NCBI GenBank assembly: GCA_963769745.1
Contig: CAVYNB010000041.1
Span: 54,603 to 118,602, forward strand
Direction: 5' to 3'
From: an uncultured beta proteobacterium
GTDB lineage: Bacteria; Pseudomonadota; Gammaproteobacteria; Burkholderiales; Burkholderiaceae_F
DNA length: 64,000 bases
Below are positions 32,777-44,036 of the stretch, piece after piece (the stretch's first letter is position 1; every line of letters begins with the position of its first letter). The notes under the pieces were generated by a model. That model saw only the letters and a program-made list of their open reading frames with translations, was not told the origin of the DNA and did no database searches. The position numbers and the translations under genes were made by a program.

Positions 32777-33892
32777 TTGCTGGTCAGCGTTGCCCAGGGA
32801 AGGCGTGACGATCCGGACGCGGTCGAGGAATTGACGCAGCTGGTGACGTCGGCGGGGCTGGTGCCTTCCGGCCACATCGCCGTGCGGCGCGACAAGCCGG
32901 ATCCCGCTCACTATGTCGGCGCCGGCAAGGTTGAAGAAATCAAGTCCCTGGCCCAGTCCGGCGATGCCGGTCTGGTGGTCTTCGACGTGGCGCTGTCGCC
33001 GGCACAGCAGCGAAACCTGGAGCGGACGCTCGGGTTATGGGTGCTGGACCGGACCGCACTGATACTGGACATCTTCTCGCAGCGGGCGCGCAGTCGCGAA
33101 GGCAAGCTGCAGGTGGAACTGGCGCAGCTGCAGCACCTGTCGACTCGTTTGGTCCGCGGCTGGTCGCACCTGGAGCGCCAGCGTGGCGGGCTCGGCAAGA
33201 CCGGTGGACCGGGTGAAAAGCAGATCGAGATTGACCGGCGCCTGATCGGTGTGCGGGTCAAGCAACTGCGTGAGCGGCTCAAGCAGCTCGAGCGCCAACG
33301 GAAGACGCGTCGCCGGGCGCGTGCCCGTCGGGACGTGCTCTCGGTTTCGCTGGTCGGATACACGAACGCCGGAAAGTCGACGCTGTTCAACGCGTTGACC
33401 CGCGCGGGCGCCTTTGCCGCCGACCAACTCTTCGCCACGCTCGATACGACCGCGCGACGTCTCTATCTGGGTGCAGGCCATGCCGCGGTCATTTCGGACA
33501 CGGTCGGGTTCATCCGTGGCCTGCCGCATCAGCTCGTCGCGGCATTCAAGTCCACGCTCGACGAGACCGCGGAGGCAGACCTGCTGCTGCATGTCGTCGA
33601 CAGCGCTTCTTCGGCACGAGCGGACCAGATGGCCGAAGTCGACCGCGTGCTTGATGAAATTGGCGCTGCCTCGGTGCCGCGGCTGATCGTCTTCAACAAG
33701 ATCGACGCATCGGGCCGCGAGCCGTCGGTGGAGCGTGACCCCTATGGTAGGATCACCGCCGTTTCGGTCAGCGCGAAGACCGGCCTGGGCCTCGATCTGC
33801 TGCGCGATGCGATCGTCGAGTTTGCGCAGCAGACCCACGAGGCCGCACCTCCCGAAAGCACCCCTGCCTGGTCCAGTGCCGCCGTGGTCTAG
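32777..33892 (+). CDS. hflX: GTPase HflX (first canonical start TTG 32777; may start upstream at a non-canonical codon)
   Basis: LSPAQQRNLER...ILDIFSQRARSREGKLQVELAQLQH...GPGEKQIEIDRR...GYTNAGKSTLFN. Confidence 0.9.
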   Translation: MLVSVAQGRRDDPDAVEELTQLVTSAGLVPSGHIAVRRDKPDPAHYVGAGKVEEIKSLAQSGDAGLVVFDVALSPAQQRNLERTLGLWVLDRTALILDIFSQRARSREGKLQVELAQLQHLSTRLVRGWSHLERQRGGLGKTGGPGEKQIEIDRRLIGVRVKQLRERLKQLERQRKTRRRARARRDVLSVSLVGYTNAGKSTLFNALTRAGAFAADQLFATLDTTARRLYLGAGHAAVISDTVGFIRGLPHQLVAAFKSTLDETAEADLLLHVVDSASSARADQMAEVDRVLDEIGAASVPRLIVFNKIDASGREPSVERDPYGRITAVSVSAKTGLGLDLLRDAIVEFAQQTHEAAPPESTPAWSSAAVV

Positions 33893-33953
33893 CATCGCGG
33901 CCGCGCTGCATTGACGATTCTTATGTTTCAACCCATTTTTCGCTAGGACACGC

Positions 33954-35162
33954 ATGTCGCTCAACGACCCCCAGTGGGGCCGAGGTGGCGGTTCCGGTGG
34001 CTCGAACGGTGACGGCGAGCGCGAAGCTCCGCGCCGCCCGCAGCGCCCGAACGGCGATGGCCCGCCTGATCTCGAGGAACTCTGGCGCGACTTCAATCGC
34101 CGCCTGAACGGCCTGTTCGGCAGGAAAGGCTCCGGCTCGCGCGGTGGTGGTGGCGGATTCGGCAACCTCGGCGCCAGTCCACGGGGCACCGGCATCGGCT
34201 TTGCGGCCCTGCTGGGTGTACTGGGCCTGATCTGGGTCGGGAGCGGTTTCTACATCGTGCCGGAAGGCCAGGTCGGGGTTGTCACGACCTTCGGGCGCTA
34301 CTCCGAAACGACAGCGCCGGGATTTCGCTGGCGTATGCCGTGGCCGGTGCAGTCCAATGAACTTGTCGACATCCTTTCGCTGCGCAAGGTCGAGGTCGGC
34401 ACACGCGGACGTCCCGAGCGCCTGAAAGAGGCGCTGATGCTGTCCGACGACGAGAACATCGTCGACATCCAGTTCGAGGTCCAGTTCCGAATCAAGGACG
34501 AAGGCGCGCGCGACTACCTGTTCAACAGCAAGAACCCGACGTCGGCCGTGATCCAGGCGGCGGAATCCGCGATGCGTGAAGTCGTGGGTCGCAAGACGAT
34601 GGACTCGGTGCTGTACGAATCACGGCAGCAGATTGCGGACGAGGTTCGGAGCCGCATGCAGGAAATGCTGGACCGCTACGGCACCGGCATCCTGGTATCG
34701 GCCGTGGCGATCCAGAACGCGCAGCCTCCGGAACAGGTGCAGGCCGCATTCGACGATGCGGTCAAGGCCGGACAGGACCGGGAGCGACAGATCAACGAGG
34801 GGCAGGCGTATGCCAACGACGTCGTGCCGAAGGCGCGCGGCGCGGCTTCGCGCCTGATGCAGGAAGCCGAGGGCTACCGGACACGGATCGTGCAGACGGC
34901 CGAGGGCGATGCCTCGCGCTTCCGCCAGATCCTGACGGAGTACCAGAAGGCACCGGCGGTGACGCGCGACCGCATGTACCTGGACACGATGCAGCAGGTC
35001 TTCGCGAACACCACCAAGGTCATGGTGGACTCTCGCACCGGCAATCAGCTCCTGTATCTGCCGTTCGACAAGCTGATGCAGCAGGTGACCCAGGATGCGA
35101 TGGCACCGCGCGCCGCGACGGTCACGCCGGCACCGCTGGAGCCGGCGACACCCGACGAGTGA
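33954..35162 (+). CDS. hflK: FtsH protease modulator HflK
   Basis: A Gly-rich N-terminus, a TM segment, and an SPFH/band-7 domain (FYIVPEGQVGVVTTFGRY...). Confidence 0.92.
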   Translation: MSLNDPQWGRGGGSGGSNGDGEREAPRRPQRPNGDGPPDLEELWRDFNRRLNGLFGRKGSGSRGGGGGFGNLGASPRGTGIGFAALLGVLGLIWVGSGFYIVPEGQVGVVTTFGRYSETTAPGFRWRMPWPVQSNELVDILSLRKVEVGTRGRPERLKEALMLSDDENIVDIQFEVQFRIKDEGARDYLFNSKNPTSAVIQAAESAMREVVGRKTMDSVLYESRQQIADEVRSRMQEMLDRYGTGILVSAVAIQNAQPPEQVQAAFDDAVKAGQDRERQINEGQAYANDVVPKARGAASRLMQEAEGYRTRIVQTAEGDASRFRQILTEYQKAPAVTRDRMYLDTMQQVFANTTKVMVDSRTGNQLLYLPFDKLMQQVTQDAMAPRAATVTPAPLEPATPDE

Positions 35163-35220
35163 CGGGCGCACGCGGGATTCGCTGCGCAGCCGTGACCGCG
35201 AAGCGCGCTGAGGAGAAGCC

Positions 35221-36104
35221 ATGAACCGAATCCTTGCCGTCGTCGTCGGTCTGGTGATCGCGGCGTTCGTCGTGCGCGCGAGCACGTTCATCGTCGATCA
35301 GCGGCAGTCGGCGATCGTCTATCAGCTCGGCCAGATCACGCGCGTGGTGACCGAGCCGGGCCTTTACTTCCGCGTGCCGCTGCTGCAGAACGTCGAATAC
35401 CAGGACAAGCGCATCCTGACGCTCGACACGCCGGTGACGGACCGTGTCCAGACGTCCGAGAAGAAGAACCTGCTGGTCGATTCCTTCGTCAAATGGCGCA
35501 TCGTCGACCCGCGCCTGTTCCGCGTCAGCTTCCCGGCGGGTGAGCGCTCGGCCGAGGATCGCATCGGTACGCTGGTGCGCGACGCGCTGAACCAGGCGGT
35601 CAACAAGCGCACCGTCAACGAGATCACTTCGCGCGAGCGCGACAGGGCGATGGAAGAGATCCGGGCCGCGGTGCAGGAGCGCACCAAGAGCTTCGGCGTC
35701 GAGATTGTCGATGTGCGGCTGAAGCGCGTCGACTTCGTCCCGGAAATCAGCGAGTCGGTGTACCGGCGCATGGAAGCCGAGCGCAAGCGGGTGGCCAACG
35801 AGCAGCGCTCGATCGGTGCCGCCGAGAGCGAGAAGATCCGCGCCGATGCCGACCGCCAGAAGGAAGTGCTGCTGTCGGAGTCCTACGGGACGCGCAGAAG
35901 CTGCGTGGCGATGGCGATGCGAAGGCGTCGGCGCTGTATGCGCAGTCGTTCGGCCAGAACCCCGAGTTCGCGCGTTTCTATCGCAGCCTCGAGGCCTATC
36001 GTTCGAGCTTCCGCAACCGCAACGACGTGATGGTCGTCGATCCGTCGTCGGAGTTCTTCAAGTACATGAAATCGCCGGACGCAGCGCCGGCTCCGCGGCG
36101 CTGA
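35221..36104 (+). pseudogene. hflC: FtsH protease modulator HflC with an apparent -1 frame disruption near nt 35887
   Basis: The SPFH domain is in frame 1 up to ...EVLLSESY (35886). The conserved C-terminus DAQKLRGDGDAKASALYAQSFGQNPEFARFYRSLEAYRSSF...VMVVDPSSEFFKYM is in frame 3 from 35889 to the TGA at 36102-36104. Only 2 nt (GG) lie between the two frames. Confidence 0.85.
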
Positions 36105-36289
36105 TGCTGGAGTCACTCGCACTGGCATTCGGGCTGATGCTGGTGCTGGAAGGCCTGCTGCCGCTGCTGGCGCCGGCCGCCTGGCGCCAGATGTTCCAGC
36201 GTGTCACCGAACTCAACGACGGGCAGATCCGGTTCTTCGGACTGCTGGCTGTCGTCGGTGGCGCGCTATTGTTCTGGTTTCTGAGCTGA
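36104..36289 (+). CDS. DUF2065-family small membrane protein (YjeT-like)
   Basis: MLESLALAFGLMLVLEGLLPLLAPAAWRQMFQRV...FFGLLAVVGGALLFW. This is the last 61 codons of track ORF 35816..36289. The ATG overlaps the hflC stop (TGATG), and this is the usual partner downstream of hflC. Confidence 0.75.
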   Translation: MLESLALAFGLMLVLEGLLPLLAPAAWRQMFQRVTELNDGQIRFFGLLAVVGGALLFWFLS

Positions 36290-36352
36290 TCCGGATACCC
36301 CGTGCCGCGGCATTGCCGCAGCTCCGCTACGCCCTCGCCCATTGCGTCCGTC

Positions 36353-38826
<2,474 letters not shown>

Positions 38827-38854
38827 AGCGGCCCGCAGAACTGATCGACCCGTC

Positions 38855-39376
38855 GTGAAGGATCTGTACGTCACCTGGGACGAGTACCACCGGCTCATCG
38901 AGCGACTGAGCCTCGCGATACACGAGTCGGGATGGCAGTTCGACTCGCTGTTGTGTCTTGCCCGTGGAGGACTGCGCGTCGGCGACATCATTTCGCGTAT
39001 CTATGACATGCCGTTGGCGATCCTTGCCGCCAGTTCGTACCGGGAGGCGGCGGGCCGCTCGCAGGGCGAGCTTGATATCGGCGAGTACATCACGATGACC
39101 CAGGGAAAGCTGCAGGGCAGGCTGCTGCTGGTCGACGACCTTGTCGACTCCGGCGTCACGCTGGGCCGGGTGGTCGAACACCTGAAGGAACGGTTTCCCG
39201 CACTCGACGAAGTCCGTACGGCGGTGATCTGGCACAAGGCCTGCTCGACGTTCAAGCCCGACTACCACGTCGAGTATCTGCCGACCAATCCGTGGATTCA
39301 TCAGCCCTTCGAGGTCTACGACGCGATGGGACCGCAGAATCTCGCGGCGCGGCTGCGGAGCGCAGCATCGGGCTGA
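38855..39376 (+). CDS. phosphoribosyltransferase-family protein (purine PRT-like)
   Basis: PRPP-binding motif LLLVDDLVDSGVT. The GTG start at 38855 ((V)KDLYVTWDEY...) is internal to the longer track ORF. Confidence 0.75.
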   Translation: MKDLYVTWDEYHRLIERLSLAIHESGWQFDSLLCLARGGLRVGDIISRIYDMPLAILAASSYREAAGRSQGELDIGEYITMTQGKLQGRLLLVDDLVDSGVTLGRVVEHLKERFPALDEVRTAVIWHKACSTFKPDYHVEYLPTNPWIHQPFEVYDAMGPQNLAARLRSAASG

Positions 39377-39387
39377 TCGTCGACTCG

Positions 39388-39448
39388 AAAATGCAAAAGG
39401 CCGGCGATGCCGGCCCTTCGAATACTCTGGTGCCCAGGAGAGGACTCG
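39388..39448. repeat. direct repeat copy 1: terminator hairpin plus a 21-nt fragment identical to the 3' end of tRNA-Leu
   Basis: 60/61 identical to 39538-39598. The only mismatch is in the hairpin loop (39406 G versus 39556 A). The offset is exactly 150 nt. Confidence 0.95.
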
Positions 39449-39536
39449 GTCACGTTTCGCGACCCCGGCGCCGCTGGGCATGCGGCGCCATTCTCGTCCT
39501 CGCGCGAAGCACGCAGGTGCTTCGCTTCCCGGGCGC

Positions 39537-39566
39537 AAAAATGCAAAAGGCCGGCAATGCCGGCCC
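39537..39566 (-). terminator. rho-independent terminator of tRNA-Leu
   Basis: The minus strand reads GGCCGGC-ATT-GCCGGCC followed by TTTTGCATTTTT. Confidence 0.8.
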
Positions 39567-39577
39567 TTCGAATACTC

Positions 39578-39598
<21 letters not shown>
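39538..39598. repeat. direct repeat copy 2 (overlaps the genuine tRNA-Leu 3' end and its terminator)
   Basis: See copy 1. Hand-aligned base by base. Confidence 0.95.
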
Positions 39599-39662
<64 letters not shown>

Positions 39663-39769
39663 ACAGGTGAGCGCGCGATTCTAGCGGCGGTGAACGCCAT
39701 GTCAAATGCGCTACGCTGGCTCGACGTCGAGCCGGGGCGCGTGCAACCTACAACACAACAAGGAACTGA

Positions 39770-42187
39770 TTGATTTCCAAATCCAACCCCACTGACGCCG
39801 ATGCACTCTTGCAGGCGCTGACCGCGGCGCGGGCTCCCCTGACTCCGCAGGAACTCGCGGATCGCCTGCACGTTGCGGACGATGCCCGGCCCGCGTTCAA
39901 CACCGAACTCGAGGAACTGGAGCGCGCCGGGCGCGTCGTGCGCAACCGCGCCGGCCTGCTGCTGGTCGCTGCCCGCGCCAACCTCATTTCAGGCCAGGTG
40001 CAGGGCCATCGCGACGGCTTTGGATTCCTGATCCGCGACGACGCGGGCCAGGATCTCGTGCTGTCCGAGCACGAAATGAGCAAGGTGCTGCATGGCGACC
40101 GCGTGCTGGCGCGCGTGTCCGGCACCGACCGCCGCGGTCGTCCCGAAGGCGAGATCGTCGAGGTCATCGAAAGCCGCACCAACAAGCTCGTCGGCCGATT
40201 GCTCAACGAACGCGGCGTGACCATCGTCGTGCCGGAGGACCAGCGTATCCAGCACGACATCCTCGTGCCGCCCGGCGCGACCCTGTCGGCAGAGCCCGGC
40301 CAGGTCGTCGTGGTCGAGATCCTGCAGCAACCGCAGCGCTACGTGCAGCCGGTCGGGCGCGTGATCGAGGTGCTGGGCGCCATCGACGACCCTGGCATGG
40401 AAATCGAGATCGCCGTGCGCAAGTTCTCGGTGCCGCACGAGTTCCCTGCAGAGGCCCTCGCGCTGGCGGACAGCCTGCCGGACAGCGTGCAGCCGCGCGA
40501 CCTGCGTGGCCGTGTCGATCTGCGCGATGTGCCGCTCGTGACGATCGACGGCGAGGACGCGCGCGATTTCGACGACGCGGTGTACTGCGAGCCGATCGCG
40601 GGCCGCAAGAAGGGGTGGCGGCTGATCGTTGCCATCGCCGATGTCAGTCACTACGTGAAGTCGGGAGACTCACTCGACACTGAAGCCCAGAATCGATCGA
40701 CGTCGGTGTACTTTCCGCGCCGGGTCATCCCGATGCTGCCGGAGAAACTCTCCAACGGGCTGTGCTCGCTGAATCCGGCGGTCGATCGCCTGGTGATGGT
40801 CTGCGACTGCGTGATCAGCGCGCAGGGTGTGCTCGATGCGTACCAGTTCTATCCGGCCGTCATGCACTCGCACGGGCGCCTCACCTACGACGAAGTGTGG
40901 GAGGCGCTGTCGGTACCCGGCAGCCGCTCCGCGCATCGCCTTGTGGATCTGCTGCCGCACCTGCAGAACCTGTACGCGCTCTTCGAGACCCTGGCGTCGG
41001 CGCGCGAGGCGCGCGGAGCGATCGACCTCGAGACGACCGAGACTTACATCGTCTGCGACGTCAACGGACGAATTGAAAAGATCGTGCCGCGGCTTCGCAA
41101 CGATGCGCACAAGCTGATCGAGGAGTGCATGCTGGCAGCGAACGTCTGCGCGGCGGACTTCCTCGCGCGCAGCAAGCATGCGGCGCTCTACCGCGTCCAC
41201 GAGGGGCCGACACCCGAGCGGCTGGCCAACGTGCGCGCGATGCTGAAGACGCTCGGTCTGCACCTGGAGGGGGGCGACGATCCGCAGCCGTCCGACTATG
41301 CGCTGGTGCTGAAGAAGATCCGGCCGCGACCGGACGCGCAGCTGCTGCAGACCGTTCTGCTGCGCTCGATGCAGCAGGCGATCTACAGCCCGCACAACTC
41401 CGGCCACTTCGGGCTTGCGTACGAGGCCTATGCGCACTTCACCTCGCCGATAAGGCGCTATCCGGATCTGCTGGTCCATCGCGCCATCAAGGCGTGCCTT
41501 GGCAAGAAGCCGTATGTGCCGGTCCTGAGCGGGTCGCCGGACGCTGCCGTGGCACCGCTGGCCGCGCGCACGGCGCTCAGGCAAACGCGCGAACGCCGGG
41601 CGCCCGGGAGCGCCGATGTCGGCGTGTGGGAAAAGCTGGGCCTGATGTGCTCGGCGAACGAGCGTCGGGCCGACGACGCATCGCGTGATGTCGAGGCCTG
41701 GCTCAAGAGCTACTACATGCGCGAGCGCGTCGGCGAGACCTACAGCGGGACGGTCAGTTCGGTGGTGCCGTTCGGCGTCTTCGTCGTGCTCGATGATCTC
41801 TATGTCGAAGGCCTGGTGCACGTCTCGGAACTCGGATCCGAGTATTTCCTGTTCAACGAGGCGCTCCACGAATTGCGTGGTGAACGCACCGGCCTGCGCT
41901 ATCGGCTGGGCGACCGTGTGACCGTGCAGGTGGCCCGCGTCGATCTCGAGGCGCGCCGGATCGAGTTCCGCCTCGTGCGCGGTGATACGCGCAAGGCCAT
42001 TTTGGCGGCGCACGCGCCGGAGCCGAAGGAGCGAGAACGCAAGCGCGGCGAGTCCGTCGAGGAACGGCGCGAACGCCATGCCAAGGTCGACGCGCGTCGG
42101 CAGGCGCGGCGCGGACAGTTGCACAAGATCGGCAAGAAGGGCGTCGGGGGTGCACGCGACCTCAAGGCGCGCAAGCGCGGACGATGA
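39770..42187 (+). CDS. rnr: ribonuclease R
   Basis: Cold-shock/OB domains (GFGFLI...), an RNB domain (TIDGEDARDFDDAV...), an S1 domain and a basic C-terminal tail. Apparent TTG start. Confidence 0.93.
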   Translation: MISKSNPTDADALLQALTAARAPLTPQELADRLHVADDARPAFNTELEELERAGRVVRNRAGLLLVAARANLISGQVQGHRDGFGFLIRDDAGQDLVLSEHEMSKVLHGDRVLARVSGTDRRGRPEGEIVEVIESRTNKLVGRLLNERGVTIVVPEDQRIQHDILVPPGATLSAEPGQVVVVEILQQPQRYVQPVGRVIEVLGAIDDPGMEIEIAVRKFSVPHEFPAEALALADSLPDSVQPRDLRGRVDLRDVPLVTIDGEDARDFDDAVYCEPIAGRKKGWRLIVAIADVSHYVKSGDSLDTEAQNRSTSVYFPRRVIPMLPEKLSNGLCSLNPAVDRLVMVCDCVISAQGVLDAYQFYPAVMHSHGRLTYDEVWEALSVPGSRSAHRLVDLLPHLQNLYALFETLASAREARGAIDLETTETYIVCDVNGRIEKIVPRLRNDAHKLIEECMLAANVCAADFLARSKHAALYRVHEGPTPERLANVRAMLKTLGLHLEGGDDPQPSDYALVLKKIRPRPDAQLLQTVLLRSMQQAIYSPHNSGHFGLAYEAYAHFTSPIRRYPDLLVHRAIKACLGKKPYVPVLSGSPDAAVAPLAARTALRQTRERRAPGSADVGVWEKLGLMCSANERRADDASRDVEAWLKSYYMRERVGETYSGTVSSVVPFGVFVVLDDLYVEGLVHVSELGSEYFLFNEALHELRGERTGLRYRLGDRVTVQVARVDLEARRIEFRLVRGDTRKAILAAHAPEPKERERKRGESVEERRERHAKVDARRQARRGQLHKIGKKGVGGARDLKARKRGR

Positions 42188-42978
42188 ACCGGCAACGCCA
42201 AGACGGTGCCGCCCGAACGTCGCCGCGCGTGCTGGCCGGCTTTCACGCGGTGATGGCGCGATTGCGTGCCGCGCCCGACTCCATCGACACGATCTACGTC
42301 GACGCGCGCCGCCGCGACGGTCGCATGCAGCAGTTGCAGCAGCGGGCGCGCGAGTGTGGCGTTCGTGTGACTCCGGCCGATCCGGACCAACTTCGCAGCC
42401 TCTGCGGCGAGGCGCCGCACCAGGGCGTGGTCGCGCTTGCCGCCGAGATCGCGCAGATGCTGACGCTCGACGACCTGCTGGCAGCGGTCACGGACAACAT
42501 GCTCCTGCTTGCGCTCGACAGCGTGACCGACCCGCGCAACCTCGGAGCGTGCCTGCGCGTTGCCGACGCCGCCGGCGTGAACGCGGTCCTCGTGCCGCGC
42601 GATCGTTCGGCCGGGATGACGCCTGCGGCCCTGAAGGCAGCGGCCGGTGCGGCGGAGTCGGTTCCCCTGATCGAAGTGACCAACCTGGCGCGGGCACTGG
42701 ACGCCGTCAACGATGCCGGTGTTCGAACGGTAGGTGCGGCCGGCGAAGCCGAGCAGTCGCTCTTCGACCTGGACCTGCGGGGTCCGGTGGCCTGGGTACT
42801 GGGTGCCGAAGGCAGCGGCTTGCGCCGCCTGACGCGCGAACGTTGCGAGACTCTCGCCCGCATTCCGTTGCAGGGGCACGTTGAAAGCCTCAACGTGTCG
42901 GTGGCGACCGGAATCTGCCTCTTCGAGACCGTGCGCCAACGGACATCGCCAGCGTCGCGAGTTTCCGGCCAGGCTTGA
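42184..42978 (+). CDS. rlmB: 23S rRNA (guanosine2251-2'-O)-methyltransferase RlmB (SpoU family)
   Basis: DSVTDPRNLGACLRVADAAG...VLGAEGSGLRRLTRERCE...IPLQGHVESLNVSVATGI. ATGA overlap with rnr. Confidence 0.9.
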   Translation: MNRQRQDGAARTSPRVLAGFHAVMARLRAAPDSIDTIYVDARRRDGRMQQLQQRARECGVRVTPADPDQLRSLCGEAPHQGVVALAAEIAQMLTLDDLLAAVTDNMLLLALDSVTDPRNLGACLRVADAAGVNAVLVPRDRSAGMTPAALKAAAGAAESVPLIEVTNLARALDAVNDAGVRTVGAAGEAEQSLFDLDLRGPVAWVLGAEGSGLRRLTRERCETLARIPLQGHVESLNVSVATGICLFETVRQRTSPASRVSGQA

Positions 42979-42979
42979 A

Positions 42980-44017
42980 ATGCGTTCGGCAAGCGCGCAG
43001 CATCGCAGCATGCTGGCCGCCGTCTTCGGGATCGTCTTCCTGGTCTTCTTTGCGCTCAGTCCGCTGCGCTGGGTCGAGCTCGGCATGCCGTGGCTCACGC
43101 TCGTGATCACTTTCGTGCTGATCCCGCTGCTCGATGCCGCGGTTGGTCGACCCTCACCATTGGCGCGACGCAACCCACCCGCGTTCGCGCGCTGGATTCC
43201 GCGCCTGCAGCTGCCGCTGCAGGCCGTGCTGCTGGTGCAGGCCGTGCTGATCGCACCGACGCTCGATCCCTGGCAGTTGCTGTTCTTCGGTCTGGCCGTC
43301 GGCACTGTCACCGGAGGTCTCGGCATCACGATCGCGCATGAGCTCGGCCACCGCGCAGCCACGATCGACCGCGTGATCGCCAAGGCGCTGCTGGTCAGCG
43401 TGTGCTACGGGCACTTCTTCGTCGAGCATGTTCGCGGTCACCACGTGCGGGTCGGGACACCGGACGATCCGGCCACGGCGCCGCGCGGCATGAACGTCTA
43501 CCGCTTCATCGTGCGTTCCGTTGTCGGCAGCCTGATGCACGCCTGGCGGCTCGAAGCACTGCGGCTGGCTCAACGAGGGCGCAGTGCCTGGCATCGCTCC
43601 AACTGGGTGCTCACCGGTAGCCTGATGTCGGCGGCACTGGTGGCGATGGCGGCCTGGCTAGGAGGGTGGAGTGGGCTGCTGCTCTTCGCGCTGCAGGCGG
43701 CCGTTGCCGTCGTGCTGCTCGAGATCATCAACTACATCGAGCATTATGGCCTGCAGCGGCATCGGATTGAAGGTCACTACGAACCGGTGCGCGAACAGCA
43801 TTCGTGGAACGCCGACTTCATCGTCAGCAACTGGATCCTGTTCAACCTGCAACTGCATTCCGACCATCACGCGCACATGCGGCGACCGTATGAGCAGCTG
43901 CGCACGGTGCACGACGCGCCGCAGTTGCCGGCCGGGTATCCGGCCATGGTGGTCCTGGCGCTCGTCCCGCCCTTGTGGTTCGCCGCGATGGACCCGCGCC
44001 TGCCCGTGGCTGCTTAG
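42980..44017 (+). CDS. AlkB-family membrane di-iron hydroxylase (alkane 1-monooxygenase / fatty-acid desaturase superfamily)
   Basis: His boxes HELGH, EHVRGHH and LQLHSDHHA, plus the NYIEHYGL motif. Multiple hydrophobic segments. Confidence 0.8.
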   Translation: MRSASAQHRSMLAAVFGIVFLVFFALSPLRWVELGMPWLTLVITFVLIPLLDAAVGRPSPLARRNPPAFARWIPRLQLPLQAVLLVQAVLIAPTLDPWQLLFFGLAVGTVTGGLGITIAHELGHRAATIDRVIAKALLVSVCYGHFFVEHVRGHHVRVGTPDDPATAPRGMNVYRFIVRSVVGSLMHAWRLEALRLAQRGRSAWHRSNWVLTGSLMSAALVAMAAWLGGWSGLLLFALQAAVAVVLLEIINYIEHYGLQRHRIEGHYEPVREQHSWNADFIVSNWILFNLQLHSDHHAHMRRPYEQLRTVHDAPQLPAGYPAMVVLALVPPLWFAAMDPRLPVAA

Positions 44018-44036
44018 TCGACCCACCGGACCTCGA

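Noticed and set aside
35816-36289. 157-aa ORF spanning the hflC 3' end.
   Set aside because: Its N-terminal two-thirds is an out-of-frame read-through of hflC. Only the last 61 codons, from ATG 36104, form a plausible DUF2065 membrane protein.
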